A DNA stretch of 48,405 nucleotides from Octopus sinensis (taxonomy: Eukaryota). Location: contig NW_021834359.1 in the NCBI RefSeq assembly GCF_006345805.1, positions 1 to 48,405 of the forward strand, written 5' to 3'. Below, in pieces: positions 12,766 to 25,815 of the stretch (the stretch's first letter is position 1; each line of letters starts with the position of its first letter). The translations under genes and the position numbers were made by a program. Under the pieces are notes generated by a model, which searched no databases, was not told the DNA's origin, and saw only the letters and a list, made by a program, of their open reading frames with translations.

Positions 12766-12768
<3 letters not shown>
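12637..12768. mobile_element. Tc1/mariner-type MITE with ~27-bp TIRs, flanked by TA
   Basis: Left TIR cagggtgtcccaaaaaaatgtatacac (12637-12663). Right end gtgtatacattttttggggacacccctg (to 12768) is its near-perfect reverse complement. TA lies on both sides. Confidence 0.85.
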
Positions 12769-12823
<55 letters not shown>

Positions 12824-12842
12824 TATATATATATAGATATAG

Positions 12843-12912
<70 letters not shown>

Positions 12913-13107
12913 GGATAGATGGATGGATGGATGGATGGATGTATGAATGGATGGATGGGGATTGATATGTATATGGGTGTGTATACATAGATGTGGATAA
13001 AGACATGGATAGATAAATAGACAGATGCTTATTTATGTATATATATATATTTACACACAAACGTACACATACTTGCACACACACACACACAAACACACAC
13101 ATACATT

Positions 13108-13139
<32 letters not shown>

Positions 13140-13649
13140 CAAAAACATATATTCAAATGCACATACTCACAGATGATAGACAAACGCTCACACAGACACA
13201 CACATACACACACTTAGAGATAAAGACATGCATTTATGCATGCACGCAAAGTTATATATATATATATATATATGTGCGAGTAAATATACACGTGTTTGCG
13301 CACCTACAGAGAAACATAATATTTAGTGACACGTGCAAGTACGCGCACACAGAAGCAAACACACACACACATCTAAACACACACACATAGAGATCGAGAA
13401 AGCGAGAGAGGTGGGTGGAGGAAATAAAGACCGAAAGAGCCAAATGTCTGACACATACCTACATGTATATGGACAAGGTTTCATTCCTCTAAGGGATACA
13501 GCCAAACACCTCTTCTTTGTTTTGTCACTTTTAATTATAGAATGCAAATGATATGTGAATTTCAGCTATTGTGTGTAGAGTGTATTACGGGGTCAGGATA
13601 ACATTCTACATCCGTTGTTTTTGATGTTGTTAAGGCTGTAAGGTGAATG

Positions 13650-13709
13650 GTGGTGACGCTGATGTTGATGCTGATGCTTTTGTTATTGTTGTTGTTGTTG
13701 TTGTTGTTG

Positions 13710-13744
<35 letters not shown>

Positions 13745-14247
13745 CCCTCTGCTGCTGCTGATGTTGATGATGATGACAAGGAGGAGGAAGGGTATGAAGA
13801 GGCTTTGAGGAGAGAGTGGAGGAGGAGGAAGGGGAGGGGAGGAGGAGGTGGATAAGGCGGTGGATGAGGAAGAGGATAATGATGTAATGATGACGACGAA
13901 GATGATAGTGGTAGTGGTGGTAGTTGCGGCAGTGATTGTGATGATGATGATGATGATGATGGTGGTGTTGGTGGTGGTGATAACGAGGAAGGTGACGATA
14001 ACGATAATGGTGCGGTGGAGATGATGATGACGACGACGACGACGACGGAGGCGATAACGATGTTGGTGGTGGTGAGGCTGATGATGATGATGATTATGAT
14101 GGTGGTACCGTTTTCGTTGATCATGTTCTGTTTTGATCCAGCAAATGATAAAGTTATTGTTATAGTTTGTGGTTGTTCATGTTGTTTCCGTTTGTTTTCA
14201 CTGGACTTGTTGATGTTGTTGTTCAGCTTTGGTGGTAATGGTAGTAA

Positions 14248-14292
<45 letters not shown>

Positions 14293-14336
14293 CAATAGTA
14301 GTAGAAGTAGTTGCAGCAACAGCAGCAGTAGTAGTG

Positions 14337-14380
<44 letters not shown>

Positions 14381-14390
14381 TGTGGTAGTG
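13650..14390. repeat. Compound trinucleotide microsatellite (GTT/GCT/GAT/GGA/GTA)n
   Basis: Directly visible. Confidence 0.95.
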
Positions 14391-14555
14391 CATTGCCACA
14401 CTCGCTATGAACGTCAAATACTGCGATATTTTTCTTCCAGGCCTCAATCATCTGCGTTCGAATCGCGTCGAATCCAGATCTACCTTTGACCCAATCAAGT
14501 ATTCGAGATCGATAAATATGCTAGCAATTTTGATCGCTAATTGAGTTAATTGTGC

Positions 14556-14602
<47 letters not shown>

Positions 14603-14779
14603 TGTGTGTGTGTGTGGTGCGTGTGTGTGTGTATTTGGTGCAAGTATATCTGTGTGAGTAAGAGCACGTGTTTGAAAAAGTTACTCGAAAGCGCTTAGAC
14701 CCTAGGAAATAAAACTTCCCAAAAAGTTAGTAACATCCTTATAAAAGATTTTATAACTTTTTTTAAAAGACAATTTTCC

Positions 14780-15240
14780 TTTTCTTTATTAAACCCCACT
14801 GTACTCGTTCACCACAACTTTCTTTCTTCCTACTTCGGCCACAAAGCAGAGGAACCATGGTGTAACCCACTATGGTGTGGTAAACTTTCAGACCCTAGTC
14901 TAGATTGCGAATCCTCTGTACCCCAGGATGATTCAGCGCTCCACCCGTTAAAAGCCATGACGATAACGATGTAGCTTTCGCGCCAGTCTATCGCGTGTGG
15001 TGGGTGGATCTTCAACATTTCATTCACATGACCCCAAATCATGTTGTATTGTCCCCATCTGTGTAAACCCTTATGGATAATAAAGAAATTATTCTTAGTA
15101 GCTTAGAGTAGGCTCAAATTAGACATTATTCTTTGTGGCTAATGGCGCGAATCCTGATTGGAAGAGGGAGGTGGAGGAGAAGAAGAAGAAGAAGAAGAAG
15201 AAGAAGAAGAAGAAGAAGAAGAAGAAGAAGAAGAAGAGGA
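14780..15240 (+). mobile_element. 5'-truncated SINE (family C, tail variant 2) ending in (GAA)n
   Basis: Shares ggtgtaacccactatggtgt...aatcctctgtaccccaggatg and ttcttagtagcttagagtaggctc...tggctaatggcg with the reverse complement of 43915-44270, and ends in a (GAA)n tail. Confidence 0.75.
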
Positions 15241-15641
15241 GGAAGATCACAACAATAGATGAACTAAAAACTATAATAAAAACGAAAATGAGCAGTTAAC
15301 ATGGTTCTCCTCCGCAACGTCTTGTGTCAAATTCTATGTTTCGATTATTGTTTACATATATTTTTCAATTATTTAATGTATAAATTTATCATTAGATTAC
15401 TCTCTTCTTGCATGATGTCCTTCTACACTCCGTTTTAATGTTCAACACCTCTATATATTTATTATATTCTCGTCATTTCATGTTTCATTTTCTTTCAAAT
15501 TTTTTGTCTCCGCTATATTTTCGTCTTCTCTCTCTTGTTCACGTTATATATTTATATCCATACATTGTACTGCATTTGCCGCCCCTCCACCCATATGTAC
15601 ACATGTGTATGCATACATATATGTGTATGTGTGTGTGTGTG

Positions 15642-15800
15642 TGAGGCACTTCCACAGTCTCTGTCAACCAAATTGCATTATGAGACACTGGTCAGCCAGG
15701 GGCTATATGAGAAGGTACTTGTTATAACTGCCGAGAAGTAGGACTGAACCCGAAACCACATGGGTACAAAGTAGGTTTCTTATTCACACAGCTATGCTTG
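15642..15800 (-). mobile_element. SINE family A, diverged 5' head fragment
   Basis: The reverse complement aligns by eye to the head of the copy at 20253 (ggactgaacccgaaaccacatgg vs gggactgaacccggagccatgtgg). Confidence 0.65.
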
Positions 15801-15810
15801 CACCGAATAC

Positions 15811-15856
<46 letters not shown>

Positions 15857-16217
15857 GTATTTATATATATGTTTGTGTGTCAAGAGAGAGAGAGAAAGAG
15901 AGAAAGAGAGCGACGCACATACATTTTGGGAAATCATAAGGAAATTGAAATGAAGTTGCATCAGATGGGAATTGAAACTGGAACAAGCCACTTCGCAGGA
16001 TTATAAACTTGCTCCTCTGCCTAACTTCATTTTTTCATATGTCAAGGTGTCTATCGTATTGTTACTTTTGTTGTTCTTGTTTAAATCATTGTTCGATCAG
16101 AGGTTAATACGAATGCAGTAGACCTACGATCGAAGTCACTAGATTCGTTACCATACGATCGGTTACATCTGTCTCTCTCTCTCGCTTTCTCTCTCTCGCT
16201 TTCTCTCTCTCTCTCGA

Positions 16218-16340
16218 CCCTAGGCCTTATTCTTTGTAAGCTCTGTACTTATTCTATCGGTGTCTTTTGACGAACCACTAAGTTACAGGACGTAAACACG
16301 CCAACATCGGTTGTCAAGCGATAGTGGGGTCAAACACCGA
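16218..16340 (-). mobile_element. SINE family A internal fragment
   Basis: cttattctttgtaagc...gtacttattctatcgg...gtaaacac.cca.catcggttgtcaagc matches 24150-24250. Confidence 0.8.
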
Positions 16341-17415
16341 ACACAAACATATACATACACACATAAATAAATATATATGCATGTATGTAAAAATGAATAG
16401 AGAAAGCGTAATTCTACGTTTTGAGTTCAAGTGGGCCCTGCGGTCAATTTTTCCTTTCACTTTCTTTACATTTTCTCACTTTTTTTCCGATAAAAAAAAA
16501 GTACCAGTGAATAGGTGGGGTTCGATGTAATTGACTTGTCATCACACCTTAAAATTACTGTCCTAGAACCCTGCAACTGACCGACATCCTATTCAAAGAA
16601 ATGTGATCTCAATCGCGTATGAGCCACGGGAACTGGGGACATGGCTTTTGAATCCTTAGTGCTGAAAACAAAAAAAAAAAACTTTTTAAAATCTTTTCGC
16701 ACGAGGTCTTTGACAAGAATTTTCTACCTGATATTGACCAATGCCTTATCGGTGGAATTCAGAAAACAAAATTCCCATAGGAGTTGTGTACGTTTTTTTT
16801 TTTTTTAGAGGTTTGTAATATATTTGTTCTCTAGTAAACCAGTGATACAGCTATTGGAAAATAGTAAATAAGGACGCTATTGTTGAACAAAGATTATATA
16901 AAGTATAAATAAATAATACACATATGCACCAATATCATGAAGCTACCCTAAGTTAAAGAAACTAATGTAAACTCTATGTAAATAAACTAATCACATATGA
17001 GAAACAAAGTATGAAGTTGCAAATTTAAATAATGTTAAAACACAGAATAGTAGGCAAAGTTTAGATAGATCGCTATTGAACGTGACTATTTCATCCTAAC
17101 TTAACTATTTCGTTTAGGATTTAATTTTATCGGTCGTATTAATTCGTATTGGTTTACAGGACATAGGAAAATCAGTGCGTTGTTTGTTTGTATGTGTGCC
17201 CATTTCTGTACAGCAAACCAACACATTAACTGACACCGACACAAACATATACATAACACGCGCTGAAGCAAAAAAAATTTGGAGAGCAAACACTATGAAA
17301 ATAATCTCCAGGTTTAATTGAAAATATTTCTTTCTAATTTTTCCAGAAGATCAGTAATTTAAAGGGGAGTGTAAGTCGATTAAATCTACCCCAGTGCCCA
17401 ACTGGTACTTATTTT

Positions 17416-17650
17416 AAGGCGGCGAGCTGGCAGAAACGTTAGCACGCCGGGCGAAATGCGTAGCCGTATTTCGTCTGTCGTTACGCTGTGAGTTCAAATT
17501 CCGCCGAGGTCGACTTTGCCTTTCATCCTTTCGGGGTCGATAAATTAAATACCAGTTACGCACTGGGGGTCGATGGAATCGACTTAATACCTATGTCTGT
17601 CCTTGTTTGTCCCATCTATGTTTAGCTCCTTGTGGGTAATAAAGAAATAG
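17416..17650 (+). mobile_element. SINE family B, full-length, nested in an older antisense family-B-like copy
   Basis: Runs from ggcggcgagctggcagaaacgttagcacgccgggcg through gagttcaaattccgccgaggtcgactttgcc to gggtaataaagaaatagg. Flanked by ggtacttatttt at 17404-17415 and 17650-17661. Confidence 0.85.
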
Positions 17651-19339
17651 GTACTTATTTTATCGACCCTGAAGTGACGCAAGGCAAAGTTAAAGTCGGT
17701 GTAATTTAAACTCAGAACTTAAAGCCAGAAGTAAATTAATAAACTGAACATATAATTGCTCAGGCCACAATACTACTTCCTATATTTTATATTTGAGCAG
17801 ATCTTTGTTATATTAAATACTTCTGTTTTTGATAAAGGCATTTTGAAGCCGAAATATTAGTATTAACAAAAACACGACGGCGGGCTGAGAGGATTATTAG
17901 AACGTCAGAAAAGAAAAGTGTGTAGAATTTTACTTTCCAGTTCATTACATTCTGGTTTCAAATCCGACCGAGATCAAATTTATCTCGGCCTCAATAAAAA
18001 TATGCCAGTGAAGTACATATAGAATCGATGGTATCGAGTTAGTGCATCCAGTACAAATTACTGCCCTTGAGTCTAAATCATAAACAAAAATATTGATATT
18101 TAATATAAGGGTATAAGATGCTCTTTCTCGTTTTTGGATTTGTTGTCGCTCTTTCTTTCCATATTAGATACACGTAAACATACGTAGACACTAATCTATG
18201 TAGCACTGTTCCTACGTATGTATTGAAGAATATTTGGCGGATAAATGCCGAGATATAGATATAAGGAACGGTAGCAAAAGAGAAGTGCGGAAGAAAATAA
18301 GAAGTGAAAGAAGTTGTAGAGAGTGAGAGGGAATGAGAGTGAGAGAGAGACGAGGAGAGATAGAGGGAAGGAGAGAGAGAGGAGTGGTGATAAAGAGATA
18401 GAAAGAGAGAGAGTGAGACGAGGAGAAATGAAGGGATGGGGAGACGGGTGGAGATAAAGAGAGAGAAAGAGAGAGACGGAGAGAGATGGAGGGAAGGAGA
18501 GAGAAGGTGCGGATAAAAAGAGAGAAAGAGAGAGATGTGGAGAGATGGGTAGGGATAAAGAGAAAAAAGAGAGAGAGAGAGAGAGAGAGAGAAGGAAATT
18601 GCAACTGAGGGAGAACATGAGATTTGTTGTGGAAATGAATTGATTGAATGAGTGTGATACAATACGCGAATGTGGGGGAGCGGAGATGGGGGTGGGGGGC
18701 GCGAATATGTTGAGAATTAGAGAGCAAAATAAATAATAAAAGAGACCCCCAAACTAGATGTAATAATACAACATAGCAGAATCTGATATACCGTAAAGCT
18801 TCATTCTGAAGCCGAACATATGTCCATGTTTATCACGTCTCGATCATATGATATTTCTTCAACAGCATATTTTGTAATCGGGGCGAGGTGATATCTCTAT
18901 GATCTCAAACGTTGACAGCAAGGTTACAGCTATGTTGAAACAAACGAACGAACGATTGTGGATAGGCGCGCGCGTCTGTGTGTATTTATCTGTGTGTGTG
19001 TATTTTGTATGTGTGCATCGTGTGTATATCCGTAGTTACGTGTGCGTGTATCTGTGATACGTTAGATATCGAGACTGAGATAAATCTGAACAAGTCTGTG
19101 TTTATTGTGTAATATATTGTAATGTAATATCACCAATGCATGTTGTAGAAATTAGCCAAGTTTTGTTTAGGCAAAAGTGTTGCAGATAAGATTTATATGC
19201 TTGTTTGCAGGTTAGTGTACATACATACGCGCACATAAACACGTACAAACATTCATACATGTACGTACGTATGTCTGTCTGTACGTATGTATACAAGTAC
19301 AGAAGGGGAAAAGAGAGAGAGTTGTAGAATCACTCTGCT

Positions 19340-19640
19340 TGAAGTCATTTTAGCTCCACTCTTACTGCAGTCCCTATTTGTTCCACGTACTTCTCGAGAT
19401 TTTTGCTCACTCTTCTCAGAGCTCCGACAATTATTGGTACTACTGCTACCTTTTTCATCGACTACAACTGCTTAACTTCCCAAGCTAACCTGCCATATCT
19501 CACGACTTTTCTTTCTTCCTTATCGCAATCGTTGTTGTCAGCTGGGCATGCTATATGTATGACCCACCATAGTTTGCTTTCTTTCTCAATGAAGACTATA
19601 TCCGGATTCATATTCTCTATCTCATGGTCGCACAGGAAAA
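19340..19640 (-). mobile_element. R4/Dong-like (REL-type) non-LTR retrotransposon C-terminal endonuclease remnant
   Basis: Translation DHEIENMNPDIVFIEKESKLWWVIHIACPADNNDCDKEERKVVRYGRLAWEVKQL*SMKKVAVVPIIVGAL matches the PD-(D/E)xK pattern RPDIV..IDIAxP.D...EK..KY..L..E...LW...V.VVPIIVGALG. Confidence 0.8.
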
Positions 19641-20252
19641 GAAGGACTGAACAAAAATACAAAGCCCCATCCAAGAGGAATTGAACCCAAAGCGTTATGA
19701 TTGTGCTTCCAATACCGTAACCATCAGGATACTAAAGCAAATTCGGACCATACGGTGTGCCGTTAAATTGTTGAGAAACATTTACTTCTAGGAATCAAAA
19801 ATATTTGGACAGACCCAAATGAGATGTAATAATAAAACAAAGCAGAATCTGATGTAAATGGTGATTTTTAAAAATTTTATTCTGTTAATTTTGTTTTTGT
19901 TTAAGTCTAACCCAAAGCCAGTATTCATCCAGAAGACCTCTGATCAAAGACTTCCAACGATAACCACTCCTATTTGATTTGAGTATGGTTTAACTAGAAT
20001 TCCATTCACTAATCTGTCTCCTTTTGCTATTTAAAAGAAAGACAGACCGATTCGGTTCCTGTATTTAATAGCCTGAGTGACTACATAGAGATTTACTCGT
20101 GGGCCGTCACTTTATTATTTCATAAACGATATAATATTCCGTTCAAGCAATGCAGTTGAGTCGAAGTGTCGTTTCAGTCAAAGCTGTAAATTTCAGAAAG
20201 TAAAAGATGATATTGTTTTCATATTAACGATGAGATAAAATTTAGCAAACAA

Positions 20253-20651
20253 GGCTGTATGGTAAGTAGCTTGCTTACCAACCACATGGTTCCGTGTTCA
20301 GTCCCACTGCGTGGCATCTTGAGCAAGTGTCTTCTACTATAGCCTCGGGCCGACCAAAGCCTTGTGAGTGGATTTGCTAGACGGAAACTGAAAGAAGCCC
20401 GTCGTATATATGTATATATATATATATGTGTGTGTGTGTGTATGTTTGTGTGTCTGTGTTTGTCCCCCTAGCATTGCTTGGCAACCGATGCTGGTGTGTT
20501 TACGTCACCGTCACTAAGCGGTTCGGCAAAAGAGAGCGATAGAATAAAGTACTGGGCTTACAAAGAATAAGTCCCGGGGTCGATTTGTTCGACTCAAGAC
20601 GGTGTTCCAGCATGGCCGCAGTCAAATGATTGAAACAAGTAAAAGAGTAAA
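20253..20651 (+). mobile_element. SINE family A (tRNA-derived), full-length
   Basis: Pol III-like head ggctgtatggtaagtagcttgc...ggttccgtgttcagtccc, internal (TA)(TG) tract, and 3' tail ccagcatggccgcagtcaaatgattgaaacaagtaaaagagtaaa. A near-identical antisense copy lies at 24075-24483. Confidence 0.9.
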
Positions 20652-21259
20652 GGGTAACCCACCGAACAGTTGAACAAAGATGTCGGCATTTTGTACCCTG
20701 ATATTTTTCTCTGTGATTGCCAATGTTTTAAGCAACGGTCGAGAACACCTTGAAGTCGAGATAAAGATAGATAGAGAGACATCCTACATGTTTTGTGGCG
20801 CTCTCGTACATATCTCTGAAGATAACTAGATTAGCAACTTTATTCTGTGAAACTTGAAATGGCTTATTAATCTAAAATTGGCATAAAATCCACGCTTATA
20901 GTAATAGCAGAATCAGGACCCAGTGGGACTATTGTTAATCATTCCGCCCTCCTCCCTTCGGTTTCTCTGATAACATGTCCTTCTGAGTGCTGCACTTCAG
21001 ATTTCACAGTGCTGCACAGAAGTGAGCGATCTTGACTTGGATTGAGAACAGTGTCAATACTGTGTTACTGACTGGCCATTTAGTGCATGCAATAGGTAGG
21101 TAAAGTTAGTTTCAATGGGGTAGCAGTCTATCCAGTGTAGTTTCTGTCTCATAAATTTAATGTCATTATGTAAACGCTAATTCGCGAACAATACACTGTA
21201 ACGTTCGTATTGTAGGATGGTGTTGGGGCCAGGAGAAGCTGCTAAATTCTTTTACGTTT

Positions 21260-21450
21260 AGCCTTTTTCAGTCATTGGACTGCAGCCATGCTGGGACACT
21301 GCTTTGCAGGATTGTAGCCGAACAAATCGAGCGCAATATATATTTTAAAATCTGGTACGTTTTCTACAAGTTCCTTTTGCCAAACCAATATGCTATGGGA
21401 ACATAGATAAAACAACACCGGTTGCCAAAACGTGGATGGAAGACAAACCC
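21260..21450 (-). mobile_element. SINE family A, diverged 3' fragment
   Basis: ttcagtcattggactgcagccatgctgg is the reverse complement of the family A tail. Confidence 0.7.
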
Positions 21451-22529
21451 AGATACATGCTCAGACCCACGCACACACGTATATATATATATGTGTGTGT
21501 ATATATATATGCATGTATATATATATATACATATATAACATACAGACAGACAGACAGATAGATAGATAGACGAACTAAGGTACCGAAGCAGAATAGGTAA
21601 TGGACAAATTTGTTAATATCTTAATAAGGATATGGTTATTAAGCATAAATTCGTCATCACTGTGAAAATGAATGCTATGGTTATCTCCTACGAATTTTTC
21701 CTTCAGATCTGAATGACGAACAATGTGACTAAGTATCACTCGTCTTTATGGGCTCGTTAGGTGTGTTTCCTACTAAACAATAGCAGATAGAGAAAGGTGG
21801 GGTAGTTTAGCAAATACCAACAGATATAGCTTTTGTTATCGATGTATTTGTTGGTATTATGTATTAATTAAGTGGTGAAATAAATTGGAAGATGACTTAA
21901 ATGAAAGAAAGAATGAAAGAGAGATAATTCTGTTTGAAAATCCTTCTAAAGGCATGTTTTTAGCCTGGGACAATTTTAAAAGACAAATACGATAAAATAA
22001 CTCCAACGGATATTATACCCCACGCATTGTAGAAATATTTTTACACATTGCTAGAGTAAAATTAATTTGCTGTTCGATCGACGATGGGTAGTCAATGCAT
22101 CGAGAGAATCTTAGCTGCCCACTAGTTGACTTAAGGGGTATCTGGCTTAGTATATAACGGACACATGCACTTTTAACTGAATCCACTGCGTGGCACAGTG
22201 TTCGACACTGTTGGCCCTTTACATTAGGGGTACAGTTTAGTTCTAACAGTGAGCTTCCATAGTTTTCGTTAACCCACTTTTATTCCGATGTCTTGTGATG
22301 ATAAGAAAGCTACGTGTAAAAGACAGCTGAGTCAAATGTTACGTAACAGATGGAACCCAGTTCTTCGTGATTGTAAAGTAAACATCTAACTGCTCACCTT
22401 TTGTATAGCATATAGCATGACATACAGAGGTAAAAAAAAACTGTCTCGAGAACATGCACACACGGACGCAGACACACACATACCTTCAGAGATATTCTTA
22501 TACGTAACAGCACAAAATAACATTATGCC

Positions 22530-22949
22530 TTCTCTCTTACACACACAAACAAATATACATACGTACGTATATACATACATATATACATGCATACATATAT
22601 ACAAAGACGGACACACAATCTGGAATCTTCACACACATAGCATAACATATGCATAAACAAAGAGACTTAAATACGTACACACATATAACATACAGAAGTA
22701 CATACAGAAGCACATACACATATACATACATATACACATACACATACACATGAAAACTCCACATACAAATGACATTCCGTAACCGAAGGAGAAGCGTAAA
22801 TCACACACACACATGCACACATACACACACACGCACGCACACACACTAACATACAATCAAATACTCATACACATGTAACACACATATATACACACCACAC
22901 AAACAGATATATAACAAAGACACAAGCATATATAACACAACATACACAA

Positions 22950-23005
<56 letters not shown>

Positions 23006-23808
23006 CAAAGTATGTACACACAAACACACTCACACACACACACATAAATGACATGACATATACACACTCGCACGCACGTATACAACTGCATATACAGAAG
23101 CACATACACGCACACATATAACATATAACATATAGACATACACATATATAACATGCACACAGACACAAATACAAGCTCAGACGCAAACACAGATGTATAC
23201 ATACGTATATACACACAAACGTATACACACATACACATGCACCAGCGGGCACACACATATGTAACATAGCACACACACACACACACATATAACATATACA
23301 TACACACATTCACTCATATATATATATACACAAGTGACGAAACAAGATACATCTATTGATGTGATGTAATGTAAAAATAATGAACAGCCAACGGTGAAGA
23401 AGAATATTCTTTGAATGTGAATTTGGAATTAATAGTTTGTCAGGGAGGTTGTAACTGGCTTTTATTGGCTTTTTCAGGATGCTGAAGAATGTAGATTTGG
23501 TACTGGAGGCGGTGGTGCAGATGGTGGTGATAGTGAGGTAGCTATGGTACCGGGGTGGATGTCGTTGTTGTTGGCGGTGGTGGTGGTCGTCGTGATCGAG
23601 ATGATGCTGATGGCAGCTATGGAGGTGTTGGTTGTGATGATTGTAGTAGTAGTAGTAGTAGTGGTAGTAAAGAAATGTATTGATGAATGTGGTGGTGGAG
23701 ACACTGGAGATGGTGGGCAGTTAAGGTGGATATGGCAGTGTGAGTGGTAGGTTGTGGTGGTGGTGGTGGTGGTGGTGGTGGTGGTAGTATTAGTAGTAGT
23801 AGATAGTG

Positions 23809-23844
<36 letters not shown>

Positions 23845-23845
23845 A
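22530..23845. repeat. (CA/TA)n and (GGT/AGT)n low-complexity tracts
   Basis: Directly visible. Confidence 0.9.
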
Positions 23846-24074
23846 CCTAGTGGAGGAAAGTATTTGGTGAAACAATTGTATAGTTTCGTTTTCTAATGAA
23901 ACGTAGATTGACAGAATGGCTTAAAACAAAAAAAATAATCATAGCAAAAATAATGTGCGGCTGAAATCATCCACACGATGCCATCGGCATTTAACAGTTC
24001 CCACCAAAAATGTGTAAGCCTTTTCTAGTACTTTCTATGTTTGCTAAAACTCTCTCTTTTACTCTCTTTTACAC

Positions 24075-24276
24075 TTTTTTACTTGTTTCAGTCATTTTGA
24101 CTGCGGCCATGCTGGAGCACCGCCTTTAGTCGAGCAAATCGACCCCGGGACTTATTCTTTGTAAGCCCAGTACTTATTCTATCGGTCTCTTTTGCCGAAC
24201 CGCTAGGTTACGGGCACGTAAACACACCAGCATCGGTTGTCAAGCAATGCTAGAGGGACAAACACAGACACACACA

Positions 24277-24320
<44 letters not shown>

Positions 24321-24483
24321 TAGGACAGGCTTCTTTGAGTTTCCGTCTACCAAATCTACTCACAAGGCTTTGGTCGGCCCGAGGCTATAGCAGAAGACAC
24401 TTGCCCAAGATGCCACGCAGTGGGACTGAACCCGGAGCCATGTGGTTGGTAAACAAGCTACCTACCACACAGCCACTCCTGCG
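24075..24483 (-). mobile_element. SINE family A, full-length
   Basis: Reverse complement of the 20253-20651 copy over its whole length. Confidence 0.9.
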
Positions 24484-24796
24484 TTTATAGATTTTTATGT
24501 TTTAAGTACAATGAGATACGTCATAGAGGAATTCCTTCATCGTAAATACGATGTGGTGTTTATAGAGAGAATACTATAGCTTCTTAAAACTGTGAAATGT
24601 TGTTTGTAAACGTCGAAAGCTTTGCTATGGTAATTCCAACTTGCCGACGCTACTCTCTGTTAGAAACCCTCGGCCTTATAGTAATAATATAATTATAGTA
24701 ATAATTATGAAACTATAGTAGTGAACTAGGAAATAGGGATTATAGTAGTAATAGTGAACAAGAATTGCACAGAATGATTAACAAGTGGCGTTGTGA

Positions 24797-24904
24797 TACC
24801 TATTTCTTTATTACCCACAAGGGCTAAACACAAGGACAGACATAGGATGAAAGGCAAAGTCGACCTCGGCGGAATTTGAACTCACAACGTAACGCAGACG
24901 AAAT
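24797..24904 (-). mobile_element. SINE family B, internally deleted
   Basis: tacctatttctttattacccacaagg is joined to gatgaaaggcaaagtcgacctcggcggaatttgaactc. Confidence 0.8.
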
Positions 24905-25380
24905 GTCGAGTCGTCGGCGACTAAACCGGCAACCCCACTAAGCTTGCTTGGTGAGGAGCGTGGATTTTAGGCACCCTGCGGGTTTATAAACAAAGCCTGA
25001 TATAGAGTAGAGGAACTCAAAATGTCAATGGCCATTCCAAAAAATGGTAGACAGAACTTATAATAAGAAAATTATCGCATTGATGTTGCGTCTGGGAGGA
25101 ATTCTCTTATCGCATTGATGTTGCCCGTGCTGCAAGTGGTGGTGACATTGAACACTTGTAAGACAGGGAATAAAAGTTGATTGTGAGTAAATGCTTGTGA
25201 CTTAGCTGGAGACTTCTATTGCTTTTCCTTATTAAAATATTGCGTAATGAAATCGGTTTACTCTCTTTAAATAACCCTGTATATATAAATACACGCACAT
25301 ACACACACACATACAAGTGATAGTGTATTCATCTTTGTGTCTTTGCACCTGTGCTTGTCCTCTTCACCAGCGTTTGACAA

Positions 25381-25815
25381 TAGGTGTTAGTTAGATATTA
25401 ATAAAACTCCATATCCGTCCAATCGGTGTTGTTCATGACAAAATAGGCAAAGTCGACCTCGGCGGATTTTGAACTCGTCTGCGTTACGTTGTGAGTTCAA
25501 AATTCCGCCGAGGTCGACTTTGCCTTTCATCCTTTCGGGGTCGATAAATTAAGTACCAGTTACGCACTGGGGTCGATGTAATCGACTTAATACCTATGTC
25601 TGTCCTTGTTTGTCCCCTCTGTGTTTAGCCCCTTGTGGGTAATAAATAAATAGGTGTTAGTTTGTTTACATCCCTTAACGGTTCGGCAAAAGATACGGGG
25701 GGGGGAGAGTAATAAGAAACTTTAAAACATAAATACCAGGATCGATCTGTTAGACGAACAAGAACTCAACACTAAGCCCCAGCATGGCCGCAGTTCAATA
25801 ATTAAAACAGTAAAA
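25381..25815 (+). mobile_element. SINE family A 3' part interrupted by a composite family B insertion
   Basis: taggtgttagtt is duplicated at 25381 and 25651. The insert holds an inverted plus a direct family B segment. The family A tail ccagcatggccgcag follows at ~25779. Confidence 0.7.

Noticed and set aside
16600-23480. Unique-looking stretches that could hide host exons (e.g. 16700-16790, 18780-18950, 20650-20800, 22080-22400)
   Set aside because: I found no recognisable protein motif or convincing splice-bounded open frame by eye. RNA-seq or BLASTx would be needed to exclude small exons.
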